Origin: an uncultured Candidatus Bathyarchaeia archaeon
GTDB lineage: Archaea > Thermoproteota > Bathyarchaeia > Bathyarchaeales > DTEX01
Assembly: GCA_964508155.1 (NCBI GenBank)
Contig: CAZDRE010000001.1
Span: 197,174-261,173 of the forward strand
Length of the DNA stretch: 64,000 nt
Reading direction: 5' to 3'
The notes beneath the pieces are model-generated. The model searched no databases and was not told the DNA's origin. It worked only from the letters and a program-made list of their open reading frames with translations. Shown here one piece after another: positions 25,611-34,144 of this stretch (position 1 is the first letter of the stretch; the number at the start of each line of letters is the position of its first letter). Position numbers and translations under genes: made by a program.

Positions 25611-26543
25611 ATGGGTGATGGGAAGATCTCAATTTATAGGTTCATGTCCGCTGGCTGTAACGGCTGCGACGTGCAGATACTCGAGTGTCTAGTTCCAAGA
25701 TACGGGCTTGAGGATCTTGGAGTGGAGATTGTATCAACGCCTGATAAGGCAAATGTCCTCGCGGTAACCGGGGGAATAAATGTTAAGGGATTAGAGGAGC
25801 TGAAAAACGCCTATGAAAGGCTTAGGCCGCCTAAGATCGTCATTGCAGTCGGAAACTGCGCCGTAACTAAGGGGATATTCAGCGACGGCTACCCAATGGT
25901 AGGCCCACCCGACCGGATAATCCCGGTGAACCTTTATATTCCTGGATGCCCGCCCAGGCCTCAGGCCATAGTCTCAGCCATAGCGAAGATTTTAGGCACT
26001 AGCATCGAGAGGAGGGAGGATTATTGGTGTACGCCTGAGGGTTTCAGGGGGAAGCATGAGTTTGACGGGGATAAGTGTATTGGATGCGGTGCATGCGCTC
26101 AGATATGCAGCTCCCAGGCCATAGAGGTGCATGATGAGGATGGAAGGCGAATGATAAGAGTTAACTATGGGAGATGCACCTTCTGCGCCTTCTGCCAGGA
26201 TGAATGCCCAACAGAGGCGATAAGGCTTACAGGGGAATATCACTTATCAACTGTGGATCGGGAGGATGCATATGTCGAGAATGAGGTTGAGATGCTTAGG
26301 TGCCGCATATGCGGATCATATTATGCGCCTGTAAGGCAGGTTGACTGGGCAATAAAGAGGGCAGTTACGGAATCGGATATAAGGGATGAGCTAGTCGGAG
26401 AATTAAGGAGGGCCACTGAAGTATGCCCAGACTGCAGAATGAAGATAGATAATATTAGGAGGGCAAAGAGGATACTGGTGCAGCTCTCTTTGAGGGGGTC
26501 GGGAATAGCCGCAGGCTGTGACGCTTCCAAGCTAGAGGGTTAG
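25611..26543 (+). CDS. Fusion of the group-4 small subunit (NuoB-like) with a 2x[4Fe-4S] (NuoI-like) domain and a C-terminal CxxC...CxxC tail
   Basis: Residues 1-130 carry GCNGC, GNC and PGCPP. Residues 150-205 carry CIGCGACAQIC and CTFCAFCQDECP. Residues 231-275 carry CRICG-X37-CPDC. Confidence 0.85.
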   Translation: MGDGKISIYRFMSAGCNGCDVQILECLVPRYGLEDLGVEIVSTPDKANVLAVTGGINVKGLEELKNAYERLRPPKIVIAVGNCAVTKGIFSDGYPMVGPPDRIIPVNLYIPGCPPRPQAIVSAIAKILGTSIERREDYWCTPEGFRGKHEFDGDKCIGCGACAQICSSQAIEVHDEDGRRMIRVNYGRCTFCAFCQDECPTEAIRLTGEYHLSTVDREDAYVENEVEMLRCRICGSYYAPVRQVDWAIKRAVTESDIRDELVGELRRATEVCPDCRMKIDNIRRAKRILVQLSLRGSGIAAGCDASKLEG

Positions 26544-26548
26544 TCATC

Positions 26549-27706
26549 TCAGATGTAATTCAGCCCATGTATTGGCGTCGGCAATGGTAAAGCAACCGAT
26601 ATGAATTCTGGATGTGGCTCCATCCTAACCACTGGCTGCGGCGGCCCTCTGAGTTTCTCCGGCGATCCAAAGAATAGGAGGGTAAGGGCTCTTGGGTCCA
26701 GAGGGCTTACCATCTCGCCGTTTAGGTATAATCTTATCCTTCCATCTGTTAGGCTTGAGATTAATTCTTCTGATCTCTCTTTTCCGATCCTCTCCTCTAG
26801 GTATGGCTTTACCTTCCTGAGGAAGCTTTGTGGATTTATGATTGAGAATACCGCTTGAGCCTTTGAGGGCGGCCTCTCCAGGCCGATTCTCTCTAGGAGA
26901 TGTAGCATATTTATGTCCTGATGTGGAACAGCCAGCCTAATCACGTTTACATTTAATATCTCATAAAGGATTCTTAGCGCATGTAAAATTGCGTTTCTGG
27001 ATCCTGCATACTCGTATATCTCAAGTGTGCTTGGATCCCTTATCGACTTGACGGCCACGTATGCTATCGGCTCATCACCGGCCAAGACAATGTAGGTCTT
27101 TATCTTAACTCGTCCCACCGATATTTCGCGTCCTGCTAGGAGGCTGAAATCTTCTAGGCTACGCTTGTATCTGACGGGTTCCAGATGGTAGATTCTGACC
27201 AGATCCTTTAGTAGGCTCTTATCGTAACCTATTAGGTCTATGTCCTCCGAGTCTAAGTTTAGTTCTCCACGCCTCAGATCGTATATGTAGATTCTGCCCG
27301 CCTCTACGCATCCAAGCCTTTTATATAGGCCTCTTGAACCCGAAATGAGGACGAAGTCGACATTGTCCCTCCGCATCTTTGAGAGCGCATCCTTGACTAG
27401 GGCTGAGGCATATCCTCTATTCCTGTAGTCTGGATGTGTGCAGACGCTTCCCAACATTCCAACCTTAAACCAGCAGCCGCAGATGAGCAGATTTCCCTCC
27501 CATATACCAGCGTGGGAGACGGGCTTCCCGTCGCATATGATCACCCGGAGATTCTCAAGGTTGTCCTCGTTGAAGATATGTGGAAATCTGTTCTTCATCA
27601 GCGGGGGCAGATTATGCCTTAGCATGAAGACCGAGTTTACCAGATGGACTATATCGTCCAGCTCTTCAGGTTTAGCTGCCCTAGGACCCTCTAACATAAA
27701 CCTCAC
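26549..27706 (-). CDS. GNAT-family N-acetyltransferase (Eis-like, with a C-terminal SCP2-like region)
   Basis: Acetyl-CoA binding pattern VCTHPDYRNRGYASALV. Size is 385 aa. Confidence 0.65.
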   Translation of the reverse strand: MRFMLEGPRAAKPEELDDIVHLVNSVFMLRHNLPPLMKNRFPHIFNEDNLENLRVIICDGKPVSHAGIWEGNLLICGCWFKVGMLGSVCTHPDYRNRGYASALVKDALSKMRRDNVDFVLISGSRGLYKRLGCVEAGRIYIYDLRRGELNLDSEDIDLIGYDKSLLKDLVRIYHLEPVRYKRSLEDFSLLAGREISVGRVKIKTYIVLAGDEPIAYVAVKSIRDPSTLEIYEYAGSRNAILHALRILYEILNVNVIRLAVPHQDINMLHLLERIGLERPPSKAQAVFSIINPQSFLRKVKPYLEERIGKERSEELISSLTDGRIRLYLNGEMVSPLDPRALTLLFFGSPEKLRGPPQPVVRMEPHPEFISVALPLPTPIHGLNYI

Positions 27707-27838
27707 GTCAAAGGGGGATTTAGGTTATTGAGAGCATAAAATTATTGATCAAGAGGGCTGCTCTGCCTTTTTGATCAAGGAGCATGCTCCCACGCGAAAA
27801 ATCTTTTCTTTTATGGCCGAGTTAGTAGTTTTGGTGGT

Positions 27839-28054
27839 TTGATGATTCGGTGCGGCTCAATAGCGAGGAAGGCGACCCTTGCGATAGTAGAGGCTGGAAA
27901 CTTGAGGCTCGTGGCTGTTATGAGCCACAGCATCGACAAAGCTAGAAGCCTCGCTGAGAATTATGGCGCCTCCAGATATTATAATGATCGGAATCTAATT
28001 CCTCAAGAGAAGGATGTTAATGCAGTCTTTATTGATGGAAGTGAAGTTAAGTGA
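27839..28054 (+). pseudogene. N-terminal fragment (~70 aa) of a Gfo/Idh/MocA-family oxidoreductase
   Basis: CGSIARKATLAIVEAGNLRLVAVMSHSIDKARSLAENYGASRYYND...VNAVFI is the Rossmann N-terminal pattern. The ORF stops after 71 aa where the PiT gene begins. Confidence 0.4.
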
Positions 28055-28986
28055 TCTTTGAGATCCTTCTCTTGGCTCTTGGCTTTGTGATCTGCATGAT
28101 CCTCGGGGCGAATAATGCCTCTGCATGCTTCGGAGCTAATGTAGGCGCAAGGTTCTTCAGGTACTCCGTGATCGCTGGCTCCGCCGTTTTAGGGGTGTTC
28201 TTGGGAGTGCTTCTTGAGGGTGCGAAGCTATCAAGGGCGATACATCATGGAGTGCTGGCTGAAGGCAATATTGGGGTCGTATGGATAATCATAGTTGTCG
28301 CCTTAGCTGTGATGGTTATAGCCACCGTATTCCATGTGCCCCTATCATTATCGGAGAGTATGATCGGCTCCGCCATTGGCGCTGGATTAGGGTTTGGGGC
28401 TATCATAAACTGGAGATTCACATTGACGGTGTTTGCTTCTTGGGTGATAAATCCGTTCTTTGCGGCTTTTCTCGCGATCGCCGTATATAGGCTGATAATG
28501 CATCTATCCTCATCCGTTAAGAATGTTATGATGCTCAGCAACCTTTACGGTAGAATCTCGCTTCTCCTATCCTTCTATGTGGCTTATGTTTTAGGCGCGA
28601 ACACTGTGGGCCTCCTAAATGGTATGTATGCGCCCATCATCGGAGCAGAGCAGATCACTCCATTAATCTTTGGTTCTGGAACTGCAATCGGCATATACTT
28701 CTTGAGCCGCGGGATAACCGAGTCTGTGGGTAGGAGGATAGTTGGCTTAAGCCCCACGGCGGCCTTCGTTGCGCAGCTAAGCGGAGCATTAACGGTGCAT
28801 CTCTTCACGCAGTTCGGGCTTCCCGTATCGATCACACAAGCCCTGATAGGCGGGATTTTTGGGGCAGGCCTCTCAAAGAGGATACGCCTGATAAATAAGC
28901 GCATGATAAGGAGGATCATCGCTGGATGGTGCCTTGCGCCGGCGATCGGAGCACTAATATCCTACACAATCACGCTCCTAATATAA
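28051..28986 (+). CDS. Inorganic phosphate transporter, PiT (PHO4) family
   Basis: GANNASACFGANVG signature repeated as GANTVGLLNG. The protein is polytopic, 311 aa. Confidence 0.8.
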   Translation: MIFEILLLALGFVICMILGANNASACFGANVGARFFRYSVIAGSAVLGVFLGVLLEGAKLSRAIHHGVLAEGNIGVVWIIIVVALAVMVIATVFHVPLSLSESMIGSAIGAGLGFGAIINWRFTLTVFASWVINPFFAAFLAIAVYRLIMHLSSSVKNVMMLSNLYGRISLLLSFYVAYVLGANTVGLLNGMYAPIIGAEQITPLIFGSGTAIGIYFLSRGITESVGRRIVGLSPTAAFVAQLSGALTVHLFTQFGLPVSITQALIGGIFGAGLSKRIRLINKRMIRRIIAGWCLAPAIGALISYTITLLI

Positions 28987-29105
28987 CGCCTAAAACATAT
29001 TCCCACGCTGGCGCATATCAAAATTCCTGTTGCTCATAACCCTGAATTATTTATTTATGCGTATGCTAATAGAAGAGTTCAAGCACTGCCCAAGGTAGAT
29101 CTCGG

Positions 29106-30356
29106 ATGGCTTTGATCTCTGATGTTAAGAGCGAGTTCCCCATGCTCAGAACTCCAATCTCGCTTATAATAGACGATTGGACATTTGGGTATCTAGGCAC
29201 CGAAAGGGATATTCCCCTCGACTTAGAGTTCAAAAGGGCGTCTGACTTCCTTCTTGACATGATAGGAATGGGGAGGGATGGCGTTAGGGGAAAATTAAGC
29301 CTTGTGCCATACTTGACCAAGCCCAGAGGAAATGGGAAGTATGAGATCTTGGGATGCATAAGCAGGGGCTTAAAGGGAATACCGAGAGAGAAGATCCAAT
29401 GGATGCTCAGGCTCATCAGGGATGAAGCCTCAAGATACTTTGACATAACACCTGAGATTCTAACACATCAATTAGTATTGGACATTGAGACTGGAAGGCT
29501 GATGGATGAGACTGAGTGGGAGTGGTCTCAAAGACAGAGCCTCGAAAGCCTAACGAGGTATATCGCCCATGCCCTAAGCGTCCTACGTGAGGCTGGAATA
29601 ATAGCAAATGGGGTTACGTCGCCATGCAACTTCGGAGTTGAGGTTGAAGGATTATATGCGAAAGCCGTTCTTGAAGCTGAGAAGACCATAAACAATATTG
29701 GATTAACATGGTATTTCCTCCACGTAGAGCCAAATAAGAGGGTTCCATTCGTGAATCCAAGGCTCATGTATCTAGACGAGGATGCTGGGGAGGCGGTTGT
29801 AAGCGTTGTGAGCTGCTCGGGGGATTGCCTTGCACGCTCTAGGGTCGAGGAGGCAGACGGGGACATCCATAAGATAGCGGATTCCTGGATAAGCAGTGAT
29901 GGAAAGAGTGGGAGGCTCATAGACCTCTACAATGATGGGGCATACCTCATCTTTCATACACACTGGCATAACACCCACAGGATAGATGATGATACGGGAT
30001 TTAGAGCCTTGAAGGAGACGATACATAGGATAAAGAGGAATCTCGGCGATAATGTTGTATGGATGAGATGCAGCGAGATAGCCAGATACTTCGCCGCTTC
30101 AAAGACCTTCAAGCCTGAATTGCATGAAAGCCCAGAAGGAGCTGAGCTGAGGCTCAACTCTCCATTCAACTGCTCAAACTTCACATTCAGCATGAAAACC
30201 TCAAAGGAGATAAGACGCATAAAAATCAACGATATTCCAATAAAGAGAACAACGGAAAGACTAAAACCAAACTCCTGGATGATAAGGAAGGACAGAATCT
30301 ACGTATGCACAAACATAAAGAGGCAGACAAAAATCAAGATAACACCCTCCAACTAA
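29106..30356 (+). CDS. Hypothetical protein (416 aa)
   Basis: Long intact ORF with no motif that I can assign. Confidence 0.5.
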   Translation: MALISDVKSEFPMLRTPISLIIDDWTFGYLGTERDIPLDLEFKRASDFLLDMIGMGRDGVRGKLSLVPYLTKPRGNGKYEILGCISRGLKGIPREKIQWMLRLIRDEASRYFDITPEILTHQLVLDIETGRLMDETEWEWSQRQSLESLTRYIAHALSVLREAGIIANGVTSPCNFGVEVEGLYAKAVLEAEKTINNIGLTWYFLHVEPNKRVPFVNPRLMYLDEDAGEAVVSVVSCSGDCLARSRVEEADGDIHKIADSWISSDGKSGRLIDLYNDGAYLIFHTHWHNTHRIDDDTGFRALKETIHRIKRNLGDNVVWMRCSEIARYFAASKTFKPELHESPEGAELRLNSPFNCSNFTFSMKTSKEIRRIKINDIPIKRTTERLKPNSWMIRKDRIYVCTNIKRQTKIKITPSN

Positions 30357-30436
30357 AATGATAAATGAGCAAAATGCACATTCACGTCAAAAAAATGCTC
30401 ATCGACGAACAAAAACTAACATCACTTACATACCAA

Positions 30437-30442
30437 TTTTTT
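30437..30442 (+). terminator. Oligo-T tract (T6) downstream of the 29106-30356 gene; matching A-runs give T5-T7 tracts on the minus strand
   Basis: The tracts sit in a 147-nt spacer between convergent genes. Plus-strand tttttt is at 30437-30442. Plus-strand A-runs at 30455-30459 and 30389-30395 read as T-runs for the minus-strand gene. Archaeal termination commonly uses oligo-T. Confidence 0.3.
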
Positions 30443-30503
30443 ACACGCAGCGACAAAAACGGATTTAATAGGAGCCTTAAATTTGAAGATGCTCAGCACT
30501 CAT

Positions 30504-30890
30504 TTATTTTAGATGCTTCTCGAGATCCCTGATATCCCTTATGATGACATCTGAGTGAGCTATTATCCAAGGGCTTGGATCCTTAATCTTGCAGATCGTA
30601 ATGGTCTTTTTGCCCTTAAGCTTCGCATAGAAGAGCTCCATGCATGTCCCGGCTGATAGTCGGGGCATATACGCGACCAGAATATCACAACGCTCTATAT
30701 CCTCAAGATCCCTCTTAATGAAATCGAAGGATGAAACCTCAGTTTTGCCCTTCCTATAAATGACTCTCTCACGAAGCCATGGATCAATGGGCTCAAATCC
30801 ACAGCGCAAACAGATACTCCTAATAGCCTCCCTATATGACTGATTAGACTCCATCCCCTGTATAGGCCCGGAAATAAACACCCTCTTCAA
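30504..30890 (-). CDS. Nucleoside 2-deoxyribosyltransferase-like fold protein
   Basis: N-terminal VFISGPI, D-x-x-x-x-CD and a GTCMELFYA pattern typical of the family. Confidence 0.45.
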   Translation of the reverse strand: MKRVFISGPIQGMESNQSYREAIRSICLRCGFEPIDPWLRERVIYRKGKTEVSSFDFIKRDLEDIERCDILVAYMPRLSAGTCMELFYAKLKGKKTITICKIKDPSPWIIAHSDVIIRDIRDLEKHLK

Positions 30891-30935
30891 TCAAATCAGC
30901 CCAGAAAGTGAGGGGGTGAATAATTCAGTCATCGA

Positions 30936-32831
30936 TCAGCCCAGAAGCCCCTCAGACTTCAGCCTCTTAAGGGCTCTATGCACCTGGGCGGCGCCGATTA
31001 TGAAGCTGGCATTATTGCGCACCCAATACTCATTCGTGAGGTATGCGTATGTCCAGCCCCAAACATCCATGTCTATCAGCGGATAATCAACTGGCAGCCT
31101 ATCCGAAACAATGAAGTTCGCCGTCCTTAAGTCGCCTATATCGAATCTCTCACCATTCCCGCCGACGATTCCATTGAGGATTCCTCCAGGCACAACTCCA
31201 TCCTCATGTCCCTCAATGAAGCAGTATCTGTGATGATAGCAGCCTGGACCCCTACCGACACCAGCCATTAAGGATACATCCCTAGGATTGAAGCCCAGAA
31301 GCCACTGGATCTGATGCTCAGCCATCCTCAGGAACCTCGGCTCATTGAATAGCATGCTTGCAGTGGCCAGGCCCCAAGCGTATGACCCAAAGAACTTACT
31401 TGTGGGATACCTGCCCAGATTCCTCGGATTTCCCTTCTCATCCAACGTTCCAACCTGACCGAAGGGCGATAGATCCGTCAATGAAGCAACAAAATCTATC
31501 CACCGCCTAAACGCATTTAGAGCCCTTCTCTTAAGATCAGCGTTTACATCGAGATCCGCGAACTCATAGAGGCCGATTACATGATAGTCGCAGAACAGAT
31601 ACTTGGATGAGCGGTTTCTGTCAATGTAGAAGTATCCCCTCTCATCCTGAAGGGGCAATAGTTCCTCCACGCATTTCTCAGCCGTTCTCAAGTATTCCCT
31701 ATCCTCCAACGCCCTGTAGAGTTCAATGCTCAGCATTAATAGCGAGGATTGAAAGTTGAGGTATCTCTTGAGATCAGACTCTGAAGGCTTAGAGTTCATT
31801 ATGTAATCATAAACTTCCCTTGCTATACCGATGTATCTATCTGAGACTTGCCTATCATACTTGGAGATGTTCCTTCCAAGCTTAGCAAGTGACATTGCCA
31901 CTCCAGCCCTAAAGGTGTGGCTTGGAGGATAATAATCCAGCGACTGCTCTAGGGTGACTATCCTTGGAGGATCCTTCTCAGGCGAGCCGAGCCACACGCA
32001 TACATTCTCAAGTGGCGGAAACTCATCTGAGAGAGTGAAGTTCCTCGTTGATGTGAATACTTGAAGGAAAGTCCCCAGCCTCTTATAGTATACTTTGCTG
32101 AAGTATTCGCCCTCCCACAGAGCCTCCTCTAAGACCTCATGCGCCTCCCTCTCACGCCCAAACTCCAATAGAACCTCAGCGAGGACATTTAAGGCCCAGA
32201 CTCCATAGGCTCCTGTTCCAATCCACTTTCCATAATCCCCAGCGTCATGCCATCCTCCAGTAGCATCCAGCCTAGTCCCATCATCGAGTATAATCGCATC
32301 CTCCGTATGGCAGGCCTTATGCCAACCGGGAACTTCAGTTCCACACCGCTGATAATAGAACCACTTGGCTGCCTTCAAGGCCAGATCCAAATATAGATCC
32401 TTCTTTATCCTGAAGACGTAGGATACAGCAACCTCATAGGACTTGGGAACCTTAACCTCTATCCAGTAGAGGCCTTCCTTCCTGAAGTCTGTGAAGTCAA
32501 GCTTATAGTTGTTTCCGCCCCAAATGTGGAATCCCCACTTCTTGAAGTTTCCCCTGTAAACTACGGATGGAACTGCAGGCGGCTGCTTATTCGTAGTCAC
32601 ATCGATTATCTCGAAGTGACCAGAAAGATCCACATTGTTAGCCCACAAAACAGCCTCCTTTATACCGTCAACATCATATCCGGCATGGCAGACTATTGGC
32701 TTAATGAACTTCTGGGCTATTATCTGCCCCTCAGCCGGCGGAGACCAGCTCTCAAGCTCCTGCCTAACCCTTCTAATCGTCCTAGCCTGAGAAAGATCAA
32801 AGAAGAGCTCCTTCCTCAAATCGATCACCAA
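30936..32831 (-). CDS. Glycoside hydrolase family 9 (endoglucanase-like) with an N-terminal Ig-like domain
   Basis: DATGGWHDAGDYGKW (the GH9 DAGD motif) and a C-terminal TNEYWVRNNA (catalytic Glu region). Confidence 0.8.
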   Translation of the reverse strand: MVIDLRKELFFDLSQARTIRRVRQELESWSPPAEGQIIAQKFIKPIVCHAGYDVDGIKEAVLWANNVDLSGHFEIIDVTTNKQPPAVPSVVYRGNFKKWGFHIWGGNNYKLDFTDFRKEGLYWIEVKVPKSYEVAVSYVFRIKKDLYLDLALKAAKWFYYQRCGTEVPGWHKACHTEDAIILDDGTRLDATGGWHDAGDYGKWIGTGAYGVWALNVLAEVLLEFGREREAHEVLEEALWEGEYFSKVYYKRLGTFLQVFTSTRNFTLSDEFPPLENVCVWLGSPEKDPPRIVTLEQSLDYYPPSHTFRAGVAMSLAKLGRNISKYDRQVSDRYIGIAREVYDYIMNSKPSESDLKRYLNFQSSLLMLSIELYRALEDREYLRTAEKCVEELLPLQDERGYFYIDRNRSSKYLFCDYHVIGLYEFADLDVNADLKRRALNAFRRWIDFVASLTDLSPFGQVGTLDEKGNPRNLGRYPTSKFFGSYAWGLATASMLFNEPRFLRMAEHQIQWLLGFNPRDVSLMAGVGRGPGCYHHRYCFIEGHEDGVVPGGILNGIVGGNGERFDIGDLRTANFIVSDRLPVDYPLIDMDVWGWTYAYLTNEYWVRNNASFIIGAAQVHRALKRLKSEGLLG

Positions 32832-32904
32832 CGATAAACTATGTGGAACAGCATCCTTTTAACATTTTGAGAGATACTCGCTGCTTGGCTGCGGCTCTTA
32901 TCCA

Positions 32905-33561
32905 TCAATTCTGCTGCGAGATCTTCCTCCTGAGGATCTTAGTCACAACGGTTCCGCTTGGTATGAGTATCTCCTCTCCACCAGCATCCAAGACGAGATG
33001 CATAAGTCTAATCTCCTTGACAACCCCGGTTTGACCAGCAACAGTTATAGTATCGCCATAGGAGAATGGCCTTGTAATCAGCAGGAAGACTCCCGCTATC
33101 ACGTGGGTCATGGTGGTTTGAAAGGCGAAGCCAACTATCATTCCGCCGAAGGAGCCAATGGTTAATGCAGCGGCTGGACTCACATTAAATACTGATCCAA
33201 CAAGCCCAAGCAGCACCGCTATTCCTGAGATCCTCGCTAAACTCTTTATCGTAGCCGCTGCGTTCCTATCCGCCACTCTAAGGGCGTAAATGTATATGAC
33301 CGTGCATATCGAGTTGAGGGCTAGATATCCAAAGATGAAGATCAAGGCTGCACGGACATATATGAGAAGAGGCCTCATAAGCACGATCGATCCTTTGTAT
33401 GGCTGTAGGAAACTCGGAATCTCAGTGAATGGAGCTTCGCCGAAAATGTAATTCACGATGGAAAGTGAGAGTATAAGGGTTGTCAAGTAGAGGATAATCT
33501 TGTAGCCTCCACGGCGGATACTCCTTAATCTCTCTTTAACCTCAGCTATGTCTGGATGCAT
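32905..33561 (-). CDS. Small-conductance mechanosensitive channel (MscS family)
   Basis: Three N-terminal TM helices, then FSYGDTITVAGQTGVVKEIRLMHLVL, the beta-domain pattern. Confidence 0.75.
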   Translation of the reverse strand: MHPDIAEVKERLRSIRRGGYKIILYLTTLILSLSIVNYIFGEAPFTEIPSFLQPYKGSIVLMRPLLIYVRAALIFIFGYLALNSICTVIYIYALRVADRNAAATIKSLARISGIAVLLGLVGSVFNVSPAAALTIGSFGGMIVGFAFQTTMTHVIAGVFLLITRPFSYGDTITVAGQTGVVKEIRLMHLVLDAGGEEILIPSGTVVTKILRRKISQQN

Positions 33562-33644
33562 ACATTACACCGACAAGTAGGTTAAATACGCAGTAAATAA
33601 CGTTTATGATTCAGTAGTGCACTGCAACGTGCAAACTTAACATT

Positions 33645-34076
33645 CTAAGCCATGAAGAATGCGTATCTGAGGATCTTTCGAACCTCACTCTCAACGTATC
33701 CCTCGAGGTTCCGAGCGATATCCAAGGCTGAGATGACGCCGTATAGGATGCCCTTTCTAACAACGGCAAGCCTTCTGATCTTATGCTCATCCATTATCTT
33801 AGCCGCGGCTATGAGATCGGCGTCTGGATCAACCTCTATCAGCGGAGTTGACATTATCTCCTTAGCCCTCACCTTCTTCGGATTCAGACCCTCAGCCGCA
33901 ACCTTATATGTTATATCCCTTTCAGTCACCATGCCGACCGGCCTACACTCACGAAGAACTATCGCGCATCCCTTACCCTTCTCCCTCATCTTAGCCGCTG
34001 CCTCAGCAACCGAGACATTCTCGTCTACAGTAACTATCTCCTCATCCATAGCCTCTGATACCTTCAAAATTCCCAC
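33645..34076 (-). CDS. CBS-pair domain protein
   Basis: Two CBS repeats (VGMVTERDI, RLAVV..GILYGVISALDI). Confidence 0.85.
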   Translation of the reverse strand: MGILKVSEAMDEEIVTVDENVSVAEAAAKMREKGKGCAIVLRECRPVGMVTERDITYKVAAEGLNPKKVRAKEIMSTPLIEVDPDADLIAAAKIMDEHKIRRLAVVRKGILYGVISALDIARNLEGYVESEVRKILRYAFFMA

Positions 34077-34144
34077 CGCAACAGATAATATCTAAATATT
34101 CTTGTAGGCGAAAGGATATTTAAATGGCTTTATACATTCCGATA

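Noticed and set aside
30357-30503. An A-rich 147-nt spacer with short inverted repeats (atgagca/tgctcat and ataaatgag/ctcatttat) as a possible ncRNA
   Set aside because: The stems are short (7-9 bp) with very long loops. The sequence is low-complexity, and oligo-T/oligo-A termination tracts for the two convergent genes explain it better.
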